DNA of 60,518 nt, taken from assembly GCA_024421085.1 (NCBI GenBank), contig JAHQYN010000006.1, positions 1-60,518 on the forward strand. Reading direction: 5' to 3'. This document shows positions 47,946 through 57,771 of this stretch, piece after piece. The DNA is from Acidimicrobiia bacterium. Its GTDB lineage: Bacteria; Actinomycetota; Acidimicrobiia; Acidimicrobiales; Aldehydirespiratoraceae. Every line of letters starts with the position of its first letter. Within the stretch, counting starts at the first letter, position 1. The position numbers and the translations under genes were made by a program. The notes under the pieces are model-generated. The model saw only the letters and a list, made by a program, of their open reading frames with translations. It ran no database searches and had not been told where the DNA came from.

Positions 47946-49187
47946 ATGACCGAAGAAGGACCGCGCAACCTGCGGGAGATGCTCGCCGCCGCCAAGGACA
48001 GGTCCGAGCTGATGGTCGATCTGGCGTACGCCGCGCTGTTCTTCGGCGACCCGGACATGGCTGAGGAGATCGCGGGCCTCGAAGAAGACATGAGCCACCT
48101 GGTTCACGACATGCGCGGCGTCTGTGTGATGGCTGTGCGTCACCCCCGTGAGTCGGAAGGGATGTCGTCGGTGCTCCAGGTGATCTCCGCTATCGAGCGC
48201 ATCGCCAACGATGCGGTCGACATCGCCCGCATCGTCACCCACCAACTGGGTATCCCAGCGGAGTTGGTGGCTGACCTGTCGGCTGCAGAGGAGGTGAGCC
48301 ACCGCGTGCTGGTCTCGCAGGGGTCGCGGCTCTCCCACCTGCCGTTGCGCGACCATGAGCTCCCGGTCCAGACGGGCATGCGCGTGATGGCCGTGCGCCG
48401 ACAGCAATGGATCACCGATGTCGACGGCGACACTGTGCTGATACCCGGTGATGTGCTGTTCCTGCGGGGGTCGCCCGACGGGATAGGGCGTTTGCGGGAA
48501 CTGGCCGGAGCGGCGCAATGGGATGCGCCGCGGCTGCCTGATGACCCCTTCGTCACAGACCTGGACCGGGCGGTCGACGTGCTGGTTGAAATGAAGAATC
48601 TCAGCGAAGTCGCGGTCGGGTTGGCGTATTCGGCGCTGGTCCTCGGCGACCTCGGGCTCGCCGCGGAAGTCCGTCACATCGAGGACCGCCTCGATGAAAT
48701 GAAGGACCGACTCGAGCTGTGGGTCCTTCGGGCTGCAGCGGAGAAGGCCGACCCCTCGCCGTTGCGGGGCCTGCTGCACTTGTCGCAAGCCGCTGAGGAC
48801 ATCGGCGACCAGGCCCAGGCCATGGTGTGGCTGATCGAGAAGCAAGAAGACGTCCACCCGATCCTGGAACTGGCCCTCGGCGACAGCGACGAGGTGGTGA
48901 TCCGGCTGCCGGTCCGTGCCGACAGCGAAGCCGACGGACGGCTCCTCTCGGAGTTGCGGCTCAACATCGAACCCGGGTTCACGGTGCTCGCCCTGCGGCG
49001 AGGCGCTCAGTACCTGTACCGACCCCGAGGCCGAGCCCGGCTCGCGGCCGGAGACGAGTTGATAGCGAGCGGCCCCGATGAAGGACGGGCACCGCTCGCC
49101 CGGCTCTGCGGATGGCGTTTGACAGACCCTGGCGGCGACGGAGAGGCGGAACTCGAGCCGATCCCGGCACCGCAGCCGCACGCCTGA
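47946..49187 (+). CDS. Tandem PhoU + TrkA-C domain protein
   Basis: Two repeats: SELMVDLAYAAL…ERIAND + RCK_C, and SEVAVGLAYSAL…EDIGD + RCK_C. Confidence 0.85.
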   Translation: MTEEGPRNLREMLAAAKDRSELMVDLAYAALFFGDPDMAEEIAGLEEDMSHLVHDMRGVCVMAVRHPRESEGMSSVLQVISAIERIANDAVDIARIVTHQLGIPAELVADLSAAEEVSHRVLVSQGSRLSHLPLRDHELPVQTGMRVMAVRRQQWITDVDGDTVLIPGDVLFLRGSPDGIGRLRELAGAAQWDAPRLPDDPFVTDLDRAVDVLVEMKNLSEVAVGLAYSALVLGDLGLAAEVRHIEDRLDEMKDRLELWVLRAAAEKADPSPLRGLLHLSQAAEDIGDQAQAMVWLIEKQEDVHPILELALGDSDEVVIRLPVRADSEADGRLLSELRLNIEPGFTVLALRRGAQYLYRPRGRARLAAGDELIASGPDEGRAPLARLCGWRLTDPGGDGEAELEPIPAPQPHA

Positions 49188-49314
49188 GGCCGCGTCACGC
49201 CTGAGGCCGCGTCACGCCTGAGGCCGCGTCACGCCTGAGGCCGCGTCACGCCTGAGGCCGCGTCACGCCTGAGGCCGCGTCACGCCTGAGGCCGCGTCAC
49301 GCCTGAGGCCGCGT
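49179..49314. repeat. Perfect 17-bp tandem repeat x8
   Basis: CACGCCTGAGGCCGCGT; first unit contains the upstream gene's stop codon. Confidence 0.97.
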
Positions 49315-49362
49315 TTGGTCCCGGCACGCACCGAACCGCCGCGAAAGGTATCATCCACAGTC

Positions 49363-51651
49363 GTGTCGAAGGCGAAACAGCGCAGGCGGCGACCACCGCA
49401 ACCGCGACCGCAACCAAACAACACCGGCCAGCGGTCCGCGGACACCGATGCCGTCGCCGTTGAACGGTTCAGTTGGCGACGCATAGCCGACATGTTCGCC
49501 GGTGCCGCAGCAGTGCTCGGGCCGCTGGTCCTCTACGTCATGACGATGCCGCGCAGCGTGTCGCTCGAAGACGACGGACTGTTCCTGCTGGTGGGAAAGT
49601 ATCTGGGGGTCGGCCATCCGCCGGGCTACCCCGTCCACACCGTATTGTCCAATCTGTTCTTGAAGGCGCCTTGGGGGTCTGAGGCATTTCTCGGCCACCT
49701 GCTGAGCGGAGTGCTCGGCGCCCTTGCCTGCGGCGCGGTCTATTGGTGCGCCCGGTTGTTGAAGGTCGGCCCGATCGCGGCGCTGGTCGGCGCCTGGCTC
49801 TTCGGGGCTTCGGAGCATTATTGGGCACAAGCCATCATCACCGAGGTCTACACCCTGAATGCGCTTCTCTTCTTTGTGGTGTTCGCGCTGCTGTTGCACC
49901 TCGGACGGTCCCCGACGAGCGACCGAGCCTGGACCGCGCTGGCTGTTGTGTACGGGTTGAGCCTGGCCAACCATTGGCCCTTGATGGTGTTGGCCACGCC
50001 CGGTCTGGCGCTGGCGCTCCTGCCGGTGTGGAGGGAGTTTCGGCGGCGTTGGTTGCGGCTGACGGCAGTGTTCCTGCCGGCGGTGGCGGGACCTTATCTT
50101 TGGATGGTGTTGCGCTCCCGGCAAGAACCGGACTTCAGCTTCCCGGGCCCGCTCGACACCTTCGACCGAGTCTGGGGTCATATCACCCGAGAAGGATATC
50201 GAGACGTTGACTCGAGCGTGTCAGCCGGATGGTCCGACAGAATCGAATTCTTCGCCTGGTTCGGCACCGACGTTGTATGGCAGATGACGCTGTTCGGTTT
50301 CGTGTTCGCGCTGGCAGGGCTCGGGGTCCTGTTGTCTCGCCCCGCGCCGGATCCGGAGCAGCAACAACGGCGTGGACGGAACCGCCGGAACAGGAACCGC
50401 CGGAACAGAAACCGCCGGTACGGACAAATGCTTGAGTGGCTCGGGCGATTCGCCGGCCCGGTGGTCTTCATGTCGCAGAGCCTGCTGCTGGTCCTGTTGT
50501 TGAACTTCGACTTCGACTATCAGCACACCTACGTGTTTCGTGCCTACCCTTCGGTGAGCTACGGCCTGCTCGGCATCTGGGTTGCGATGGGACTGCATGC
50601 TTTCGGACACTGGCTCCACCAACAGTTCAGCCTCCCGAGGCTCGCGGGTTCGGTGGTGGTGGCAGGAACCGGATTGGCAATGGTTGCCTGGTCAGTTGCG
50701 GGCCACTGGGAGGCCAACAACCGCTCCGACGCCGACTTCGCGCAACGCTACTCAGAGATGATCTTCGAGATACTTCCCGAGGACGCGGTCCTCATAACCT
50801 TCGGCGATGAGATTGTTCTGCCGCTGGCCTACAACCATTTTGCGGACGGCCGTCGTCCGGACATCCGTTATTCCGAAGCGCACGGGATCATGTTCAAGAG
50901 CAATCTGTACGGCAGCATCGCCGATATTTCGGTTGAGGAGCAGCAAGCCGCGCTGTTGCAGTTTCTGGAGACGACCGACCGTCCCGTCTTCCAAACCTAC
51001 CGAACGAACCGGGTCGATCATGGCAGGGCTGTGCGCGACTACGGCTTCTTGCGCGAGGTGCTCGAGGACGAAAACCCCGACGAGTCGATACAACTGCTTC
51101 ATGACGACACCGCAGCCGCATACTTCGAGTACATAACCACTCAAACGGACCTGAGAGGCTGGGAGCGCGTGGCGCGCAGCCACCAGGTAATCGACTACAG
51201 CCAGTTCCTAGGCTACGCCCTGCTGAGTGAGAACGAGGATATCATTGAGCAGACTGCGGCATCGCGCGAGGTTGCGTCAAAGGACTACTACGGCCTCAAC
51301 GGGATGGCAGGAATACTGGCCAGGCACGGCAACGACGAGCAACTCGAACAGGCGATGGAGTTCCTGCGGGCCGCCGAGCCGATGCAAGGTGAAGCCGTGA
51401 CCAAGCAGGCCGAATCTGAAATATTCAACAACATGGGGATCGTGCTCTGGCGCCAGGGCGGTTGCGACGGGGAAACCAATAATATGGGGAGCGTGCGCTG
51501 GCGCCAGCGCCGTTGCGACGAGGCAATCCGTCTCTTTGAGACCTCACGGGACATTGTTGACGACCCAGCCAACCCGGGCGTCGACTTCTTGAACCAACTC
51601 GCGAACCGGACACCAGTGCCCGAACCCGCGCTATCCGGACAACCTTCGTAG
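49363..51651 (+). CDS. DUF2723 / TMEM260-like membrane glycosyltransferase with C-terminal TPR-like region (start uncertain)
   Basis: EDDG…LGVGHPPGYP, WAQAIITEVYTL and GLSLANH motifs; TPR-like FNNMGIVLWRQG. Confidence 0.85.
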   Translation: MSKAKQRRRRPPQPRPQPNNTGQRSADTDAVAVERFSWRRIADMFAGAAAVLGPLVLYVMTMPRSVSLEDDGLFLLVGKYLGVGHPPGYPVHTVLSNLFLKAPWGSEAFLGHLLSGVLGALACGAVYWCARLLKVGPIAALVGAWLFGASEHYWAQAIITEVYTLNALLFFVVFALLLHLGRSPTSDRAWTALAVVYGLSLANHWPLMVLATPGLALALLPVWREFRRRWLRLTAVFLPAVAGPYLWMVLRSRQEPDFSFPGPLDTFDRVWGHITREGYRDVDSSVSAGWSDRIEFFAWFGTDVVWQMTLFGFVFALAGLGVLLSRPAPDPEQQQRRGRNRRNRNRRNRNRRYGQMLEWLGRFAGPVVFMSQSLLLVLLLNFDFDYQHTYVFRAYPSVSYGLLGIWVAMGLHAFGHWLHQQFSLPRLAGSVVVAGTGLAMVAWSVAGHWEANNRSDADFAQRYSEMIFEILPEDAVLITFGDEIVLPLAYNHFADGRRPDIRYSEAHGIMFKSNLYGSIADISVEEQQAALLQFLETTDRPVFQTYRTNRVDHGRAVRDYGFLREVLEDENPDESIQLLHDDTAAAYFEYITTQTDLRGWERVARSHQVIDYSQFLGYALLSENEDIIEQTAASREVASKDYYGLNGMAGILARHGNDEQLEQAMEFLRAAEPMQGEAVTKQAESEIFNNMGIVLWRQGGCDGETNNMGSVRWRQRRCDEAIRLFETSRDIVDDPANPGVDFLNQLANRTPVPEPALSGQPS

Positions 51652-51962
51652 GCGCGCCCCGTTTCTTGACCAGTTCAGCGAGGGCAAATCCTAAGCGCCG
51701 AGAGGCCCTACCCCAACGCTCCCGAACATCCCCGCCGACGTGAGCCCCAGGGAACTGCTGGGCCACTTCCAGACCGTGCTCATCAACGCTCACGGCCGAG
51801 CCTGCGTCACGGCCCAAGACCGATCAATCAAGTTGGACGGCCACACGGGTCATTTGGTGCTCCCTTCCGTCAGCTGCGGGGTCGTTCGTTGGTCGGGTCA
51901 TACACGGCGCGGGCGTGACGCTCCGCTGGACAGTCGGTGCCGAACACGTTGACCGTGAAGCT

Positions 51963-52237
51963 CAGTTGAGCGTCGATGAGATAGCGGAGCGGTTGGGTCG
52001 TCACCAGTCTGCGGTGTATCGAGAGTTGGCCCGCGGCGGCGGGCTCGACGGTTACTGTGCGCGTGCAACTCACCGGCGGGCGGGCGATGCCGCGGCTCGG
52101 CCCAAGATGTCCAAGCGGGCCGGTGACTCGGTGCTGGCTGGTGAGGTGGCGGAGGGGTTGAAGCAGCGCTGGTCGCCTCACGCGATTTCTGCGGATCTGA
52201 AGGCTCGAGGGATGCAGGTGTGCGCGGAGACGGTTAT
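51963..52237 (+). pseudogene. IS30-family transposase fragment (HTH region)
   Basis: EIAERLGRHQSAVYRELAR…Y…WSPHAIS…VCAETV; no DDE domain follows. Confidence 0.85.
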
Positions 52238-52309
52238 GCTGCAAATGTGTCGAATATATGACGCGGAGTGTCCCGAACAAGAGTTTGGGGTAGGCGAGAG
52301 GCTTAGGTC

Positions 52310-52537
52310 GTGATTGTTGGTGTCGCAATTTTGGCGATTGGTGTGATCTTGGTGCTGGCTGGATCAATGAAGTCAGCGCAACACGTAAGAGGTGTTTTTG
52401 GAGACGTGAACCACGTGACCGCGAAACTGTCGGAAGGCACGGGTGTAGTCCCCAGATGGCTGAGCCTCGTAGTGCTCATCGGTTACGCGGCGATCGTGAC
52501 CGGAGCGATCCTTCTCCTAGTCCGTGTCGTTGCCTAA
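52310..52537 (+). CDS. Small two-TM hypothetical protein
   Basis: 75-aa ORF with two hydrophobic segments. Confidence 0.55.
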   Translation: MIVGVAILAIGVILVLAGSMKSAQHVRGVFGDVNHVTAKLSEGTGVVPRWLSLVVLIGYAAIVTGAILLLVRVVA

Positions 52538-52573
52538 TCGATACCGTTTCAATGTCACCTTGAGGAAAACCCG

Positions 52574-53194
52574 ATGACCTGTGACGGAGCCAAGATTCTT
52601 GCGGGCGCAGCGATGGCTGGAATGCTCTTGTTGATCTCAGGATGTGCCGTCGCTCATCCCGAAGGGGCTCCATCGTACGATGACATCGCCTCAACAAGCG
52701 AATCATACAAAACAGCGTTCTGCCGGCTGGAAGCTGCGACAGAGGCCGCTGATGCGGCGTTGGTGACTGCCTTTGACTGTGTAGATCTGTCCTGTCGTGA
52801 GGTGACTCTTCAAGCTGCTGACCGCGCACTCGAGACCGAGAATGATGTCTACCTGGAGTTCAGCCGCGCTATGGACGAAAGAATGAGCACCCTGATAGAG
52901 CTTACGACGGTCGAGCCTGAGGCGTGCCGCTCATGTTCCCGTTTCGTTACCGCGACAGATCTTCAACAAAGCGCGGAGAGAATGTTCCAGCGTGCAAGAA
53001 CTGTAGAAAACGCACTCTATTTGGAATTCCTAGGGTGTGACACCGATACATGCAGGGACCGCGTTCAGGATCGGTTGGAGCGAGAGGCTGTTCCCCGAAG
53101 AGCTGACGCAGCGCAAACGCTCAATGATGCGCAACAACAGATGTTTGATGCCGAGTCCGCGATGCATCAAGAAATGGCTGATGCGAACAAATGA
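52574..53194 (+). CDS. Hypothetical helical, Cys-containing lipoprotein
   Basis: GAGGA RBS, lipobox LISGC, internal repeat FDCVDLSCRE / LGCDTDTCRD. Confidence 0.7.
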   Translation: MTCDGAKILAGAAMAGMLLLISGCAVAHPEGAPSYDDIASTSESYKTAFCRLEAATEAADAALVTAFDCVDLSCREVTLQAADRALETENDVYLEFSRAMDERMSTLIELTTVEPEACRSCSRFVTATDLQQSAERMFQRARTVENALYLEFLGCDTDTCRDRVQDRLEREAVPRRADAAQTLNDAQQQMFDAESAMHQEMADANK

Positions 53195-53295
53195 GTGCTG
53201 CGCTGGAGCGATCCCTTTCGTAATCCGTGTCCCTGCCTAACAGACACCTGTTCAGTGTCACGTTGAGGTCGGACGGGTATGAGCCACACGATTCG

Positions 53296-54258
53296 TTACG
53301 TTGTTCGTGCTCCCACTAGGTATTCGTAGGCGGTGTTGAACTCAGCGGTTTTGGTGGTCGCGTCGTCTTTCCGGTCGGCTGAGACCAAATCAGGATGGTG
53401 CTGTCGGACTAGTTTCAAGTACGCCTCTCGAATGTCAGCCGTGGTGGCGTGCTCATCTAATCCGAGAACCTTAAGCGCTTCTGCCTTCTGTGGGTCATGG
53501 TCCGATGTCAGCACCTGTATGACGGCCGCAAGCCTGCCCAGAGCCTCCTCTTGTGAGCAACCCCATAGGTCGCGTATGACCCTCACGATGGCTGCTTCTT
53601 CATCGTTGGTGAGCACACCATCGGCGACCGCTATTTCCATGGTGGATCGAATGAGCAACCACTTCAGTTCATCTGGTACGCAAGCCGGTTCGAGGTCGGT
53701 GTAATCTGCCGACAGAAGATACAGATGAGCGTCTTCTAGCGACAGCGCACCGTCGCTCGCAATGACTAGGATTCGCTTCGCGCTCTCCCAACCCGCGGTA
53801 CCGACACCCTCCTGGGCAGCCACATGCTTGAGAACCGCCGCGATCGACATCGCAACGCGGGCAGCGCGCAGACGCTCGTTTGTTCTGGCAGCGGCCTCGC
53901 GTCCGGCTTGGCGGGCGGCTTCGAGGTCTGAAGCGGCGGCGATCTGGGCATCGAATTCGGCTTCCGATGATCGGCCGGAGTGGGTTCCGAAAGCGTGGCG
54001 ATAACGCCGGTTCTCACGTACAGACTGAATGACAGGCCAACAAGCCAACATGATCAAGGCCACCCCACCAAAGAACATCAGAGCACCCGCAACCGGACCG
54101 GACATCTCCCCAGACCCCTCATTTGCATAGCACGTGTAACTAAGTGCTCTTCTCTGTCCGCCGAAGTCCACCGAAGCGCACATGTCGTCGAGCAGCACAT
54201 CGCACCCGCCCAAGACGAATGTCACGCCGCCCACCACTGCGACAATTCGCCAAAACAC
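53296..54258 (-). CDS. Membrane-anchored TerB-like + DnaJ domain protein (DjlA-like)
   Basis: Two N-terminal TM segments, IAVADGVLTNDEE, C-terminal J domain with HPD. Confidence 0.82.
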   Translation of the reverse strand: MFWRIVAVVGGVTFVLGGCDVLLDDMCASVDFGGQRRALSYTCYANEGSGEMSGPVAGALMFFGGVALIMLACWPVIQSVRENRRYRHAFGTHSGRSSEAEFDAQIAAASDLEAARQAGREAAARTNERLRAARVAMSIAAVLKHVAAQEGVGTAGWESAKRILVIASDGALSLEDAHLYLLSADYTDLEPACVPDELKWLLIRSTMEIAVADGVLTNDEEAAIVRVIRDLWGCSQEEALGRLAAVIQVLTSDHDPQKAEALKVLGLDEHATTADIREAYLKLVRQHHPDLVSADRKDDATTKTAEFNTAYEYLVGARTT

Positions 54259-54458
54259 GAGACAGAGGTTACACGCCCCAACCTTACGTGAGTGGTTTCT
54301 TTGGTTTCAGTGCGCTTTGTCCGTGGCTTGACTAATGCGCTCTCGCTGGCTTGCCACCTTTTTCCGGAGGCACACCAAAGAGATGATGCGTCAGAATTGA
54401 TCGCCGGTTAGGAATCGGTCAACGGTGATGGACGAGCGTTGATGTAGGTTCAGGGGCC

Positions 54459-55148
54459 ATGTCGGACGATTCAACAGGCAACGAAGCGGAGACCAGCGGG
54501 AACGGCCCGATCGGCTTGACCGAGGCGTACGCGGTTCAGAGTCCCGACGACAATCGTGCCCTGTACGCCAAATGGGCAGACACCTACGAGTCCGAGTTCG
54601 CCGTCCCCCGGAGTTATACGGGCCCCCGCACTGCGGCGGAGGTGCTGTGTGAGGGTCTGTCGGGCTCGGGACCGGTGCTCGATGCTGGCTGTGGCACCGG
54701 GCTTGCCGGCGAGCATCTCCGAACTCTTGGAGTTGCTGTTGTCGACGGTTTCGACATTTCGCCAGAGATGCTGGCCAAGGCTCGTGCCAAGACCGCAGCC
54801 GACGGCAGCCCGGTCTACCGCAAGACCGTCGAGGTCGACCTCACCGGACCCGTCGATATCGCCGACGACACCTACGCTGGCATCGTCAGTATCGGCACAT
54901 TCACGCACGGCCATGTCGGACCCGAAGCCATCGAAGAGCTCTTGCGCATAGCCTGCCCCGGTGCCCGCGGCGTGATTGGTGTGCACTCCTCGATTTTCGA
55001 GTCGGACGGCTTCAAGGATCGTTTCGAACGCTACGAGGCCGAGGGTGTCATCCATGGTCTCGAGGTCCAGTTTCGTGGGGCGTATGAGGATGCCGACGGC
55101 AGCGACCCCAATCAAATGGTCTATATGGCCGTTTTCACTGTCGTCTGA
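54459..55148 (+). CDS. Class I SAM-dependent methyltransferase, copy 1
   Basis: YAKWADTYE, VLDAGCGTG and GTFTHGHVGP motifs. Confidence 0.92.
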   Translation: MSDDSTGNEAETSGNGPIGLTEAYAVQSPDDNRALYAKWADTYESEFAVPRSYTGPRTAAEVLCEGLSGSGPVLDAGCGTGLAGEHLRTLGVAVVDGFDISPEMLAKARAKTAADGSPVYRKTVEVDLTGPVDIADDTYAGIVSIGTFTHGHVGPEAIEELLRIACPGARGVIGVHSSIFESDGFKDRFERYEAEGVIHGLEVQFRGAYEDADGSDPNQMVYMAVFTVV

Positions 55149-55170
55149 TCACCGGTCGGATCCCCTTGGC

Positions 55171-55429
55171 GTTGTCGCCGGTGTCAAGGTGTGCTCGGCA
55201 GGGTGGGGGAGGTCCTTTACGTCGGTGTGGGCTATGGCAGGACCGTTGTTACCCAGCGCACGCGTTCGGCTGGTCTCGGTCAGAAGGTGATGGTGTTGTC
55301 GGTGGCGATCACGCAAGCGTGGGAGATGCCCCGGGGCTAAAGCCTTTCGGGCGCCGGCAGGTGCGTCGGTCTGGCCGCAAACACCCACTAACCCCGACCC
55401 GAATGAACACCGACTAATGGTCGTCGCCG
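55171..55429 (-). mobile_element. Candidate internally deleted IS110-like remnant
   Basis: Minus strand GGTTAGTGGGTG…GCGGCCAGACCGACGCA, then VIATDNTITF*, then GGGTAACAAC…GTAAAGGACCT…TTGACA; flanked by gttgtcgccg / gtcgtcgccg. Family resemblance is from memory. Confidence 0.4.
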
Positions 55430-55471
55430 ACACGATGCGGCCTCTGAAGGTTGGCGGTAGGTTCAGTGGCT

Positions 55472-56155
55472 ATGTCGGGTGACCCAGCTGCGCATGAAAC
55501 AGGGGCCGGCCGACCGATCAGTTTGAGTGAGGCGTACGCGGTCCAGAGTCCCGACGACAATCGTGCCCTGTACGCCAAATGGGCTGACACCTACGAGTCC
55601 GACTTCGCCGTCCCCCGGCGGTATATCTACCCCCGCGCTGCGGCCGAACTGCTCTGTGAGCGCTTCTCGGGCTCGGGGCCGGTGCTTGACGCTGGCTGTG
55701 GCACCGGGCTCGTGGGCGAGTATCTGCGAGATCTCGGTGTCGCCGTGGTCGACGGAATCGACATTTCGGTGGAGATGCTGGCCAAAGCTCGCGCCAAGAC
55801 CGCCGCCGACGGCAGCCCCGTCTACCACAAGACCTTCGAGGTCGACCTGACCGGCCCCGTCGACATCGTCGGCGACACCTATAGCGGCATCATCAGCACC
55901 GGTACGTTCACCCACGGCCACGTCGGACCCGATGGCATTGCCGAACTTCTGCGTATTGCTCGCCCCGGCGCCTGCTGCGTTATCGGCGTGAACGCCTCGA
56001 TATTCGAGCCGGACGGCTTCAAGGATCGTTTCGAACGCCATGCCACCGAGGGTGCCATCAACGGTCTCGAGGTCCACTTCCGCCAAGTGTACGAGGGTGC
56101 CGACAGCAGCGACCCCGATCAAATGGCTCAGATCGCCGTTTTCGCCGTCGGCTGA
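55472..56155 (+). CDS. Class I SAM-dependent methyltransferase, copy 2
   Basis: Closely similar to 54459-55148 including the upstream gtaggttcag; 1013-bp offset. Confidence 0.92.
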   Translation: MSGDPAAHETGAGRPISLSEAYAVQSPDDNRALYAKWADTYESDFAVPRRYIYPRAAAELLCERFSGSGPVLDAGCGTGLVGEYLRDLGVAVVDGIDISVEMLAKARAKTAADGSPVYHKTFEVDLTGPVDIVGDTYSGIISTGTFTHGHVGPDGIAELLRIARPGACCVIGVNASIFEPDGFKDRFERHATEGAINGLEVHFRQVYEGADSSDPDQMAQIAVFAVG

Positions 56156-56168
56156 TCGCCGCTCCGTC

Positions 56169-56426
56169 CGCTGCGGGTGTTGGTTGCCGGTTCGCGGTCC
56201 GCTTTCGTTGGTCTGGTTGTGACGGTTCGCTGCGGGTGTTGGTTGCCGGTTCGTCGTCCGCTTTCGTTGGTCTGGTTGTGACGGTTCGCTGCGGGTGTTG
56301 GTTGCCGGTTCGTCGTCCGCTTTCGTTGGTCTGGTTGTGACGGTTCGCTGCGGGTGATGGTTGCCCCGGTTCGTCGTCCGCTTTCGTTGGTCTGGTTGTG
56401 ACGGTTCGCTGCGGGTGATGGTTGCC
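56169..56426. repeat. 59-bp tandem repeat, 4 full copies plus a partial
   Basis: Units start at 56169, 56228, 56287, 56346 and 56407; no unique spacers. Confidence 0.95.
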
Positions 56427-56539
56427 GCCGATCGGTTGCCGGGATTGCGGACCGTTGGCCACAAGTCTGGTTGGAGAATTGCAGTCGGTTCTGCGGCTTT
56501 CCGATGGACCCATGGACCGGCACCGGAGTGCCGCCCTGT

Positions 56540-57742
56540 TCAGTCTGGGTTGGGCGGGGGCTTCAGGTAGAACTTCTTGGTGGTGGGGTGTTGGTGAACC
56601 TGCCAGCCCTGGTCGTGGATCTTGTGGTGGCACGCGTCGCACACCAGCAGCAGGTTGCCTAGGTCGGTGGGCCCGTTCTTGGACCACCAGACGATGTGAT
56701 GGACTCGGCACCACAAGGGATTGGCCTCACAACCGATGCAGTGCTCGTCCCGGGCGGTCAAGGCCATCCGTTGAGCTTCAGAAGCGGTGCGTCGGCTACG
56801 GCCGAGCCACAGGTTCTGCGTATCGGCATCGAAGATCGAGGGCAGAATCTCGGCATCAACGGCCAGGTCGCGCAACTCGGTGACTGGGATGGGTGTGCCG
56901 TCAGCGAGCCGGGCATTGACCAACTGTTGTTTGATCACATCGAAGTCAGCCAACACCAGCAGGTTCGTGCCCTGCTTCTTTCTCCGCTTCTTGCCCTTCC
57001 CGTTGGTGGTGCTGTCTGTGGAGTCGTTGGACTCGTCGCAGATCAGCTCAGCCAGCGCGTCAGCCATGCGTTGTTGGGGCGTGCACCGACGGCTCGGGTC
57101 TTCGCGGTGCCACAACTCGCGTTCCTTCGCCGTCAATGCGGTTGCAATACGGGTGCCTGTGATCCGATCGAACTGGGCCGACAAGACGAACATCCCGGTC
57201 TCGGGACTCTCGAATATCCGAGCCGAACGACGTTGACGTTGCCGATCCAGCAACCCCTGTCCGTCATCGCCTGAGCGGTCTTGTTGATGACGTCTTACAG
57301 TCTTGGCGAACCGGTCGTAATTCTCAGTACGAGCCGCCTCGACCAGGACAACCTCGTCGACTGGCCCCTCAGACGATGCACGCGCGATCAACCGGGCGTG
57401 CCCAGCGGGGATCTCGCCGTCAGCCAGGGCATTGGAAGTGTCGGGCAGTTGTTGAAGCCGGGTTGCCGTCTCGACATCGCGTTTCGCTTCGCGTTTCGAG
57501 GACAACAACTCGTCGCTGGCGATCAACTGAGCGTCAACCGCTGATGTGCGCCGACCCAGCTCCCCAAGAATCTGAGCCTTCATCGCCGCCAGCCGCGACT
57601 CACCACGCCCCACCAACTGCAACTGCGCCCGCAGACCCTTCGCGGACAATCCGGCAACATCCACCACTCCGACACACACCGCGTTGCAACACTGAGCACC
57701 TCCGATCGTGGCGTCTGGGTCGAGAGCAGGGGCTGATTGCAT
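56540..57742 (-). CDS. DUF222 + HNH endonuclease (13E12-repeat-like) protein
   Basis: QRMADAL, LWLGRSRR, ARDEHCIGC and HHIVWWSKNGPTDLGNLLLVCDACHH motifs. Confidence 0.9.
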   Translation of the reverse strand: MQSAPALDPDATIGGAQCCNAVCVGVVDVAGLSAKGLRAQLQLVGRGESRLAAMKAQILGELGRRTSAVDAQLIASDELLSSKREAKRDVETATRLQQLPDTSNALADGEIPAGHARLIARASSEGPVDEVVLVEAARTENYDRFAKTVRRHQQDRSGDDGQGLLDRQRQRRSARIFESPETGMFVLSAQFDRITGTRIATALTAKERELWHREDPSRRCTPQQRMADALAELICDESNDSTDSTTNGKGKKRRKKQGTNLLVLADFDVIKQQLVNARLADGTPIPVTELRDLAVDAEILPSIFDADTQNLWLGRSRRTASEAQRMALTARDEHCIGCEANPLWCRVHHIVWWSKNGPTDLGNLLLVCDACHHKIHDQGWQVHQHPTTKKFYLKPPPNPD

Positions 57743-57749
57743 GAATGTC

Positions 57750-57771
57750 ACACTACGCACCCACTGTGACA
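57750..57771 (-). promoter_or_regulatory. PafBC/RecA-NDp-like promoter, probably leaderless
   Basis: TGTCAC-N10-TAGTGT-N7-ATG, compared with the consensus TGTCRG-N10-TAnnnT. Confidence 0.6.

Noticed and set aside
56169-56426. 59-bp repeats as a CRISPR array
   Set aside because: Whole units repeat with no unique spacers, and there are no cas genes in the window.
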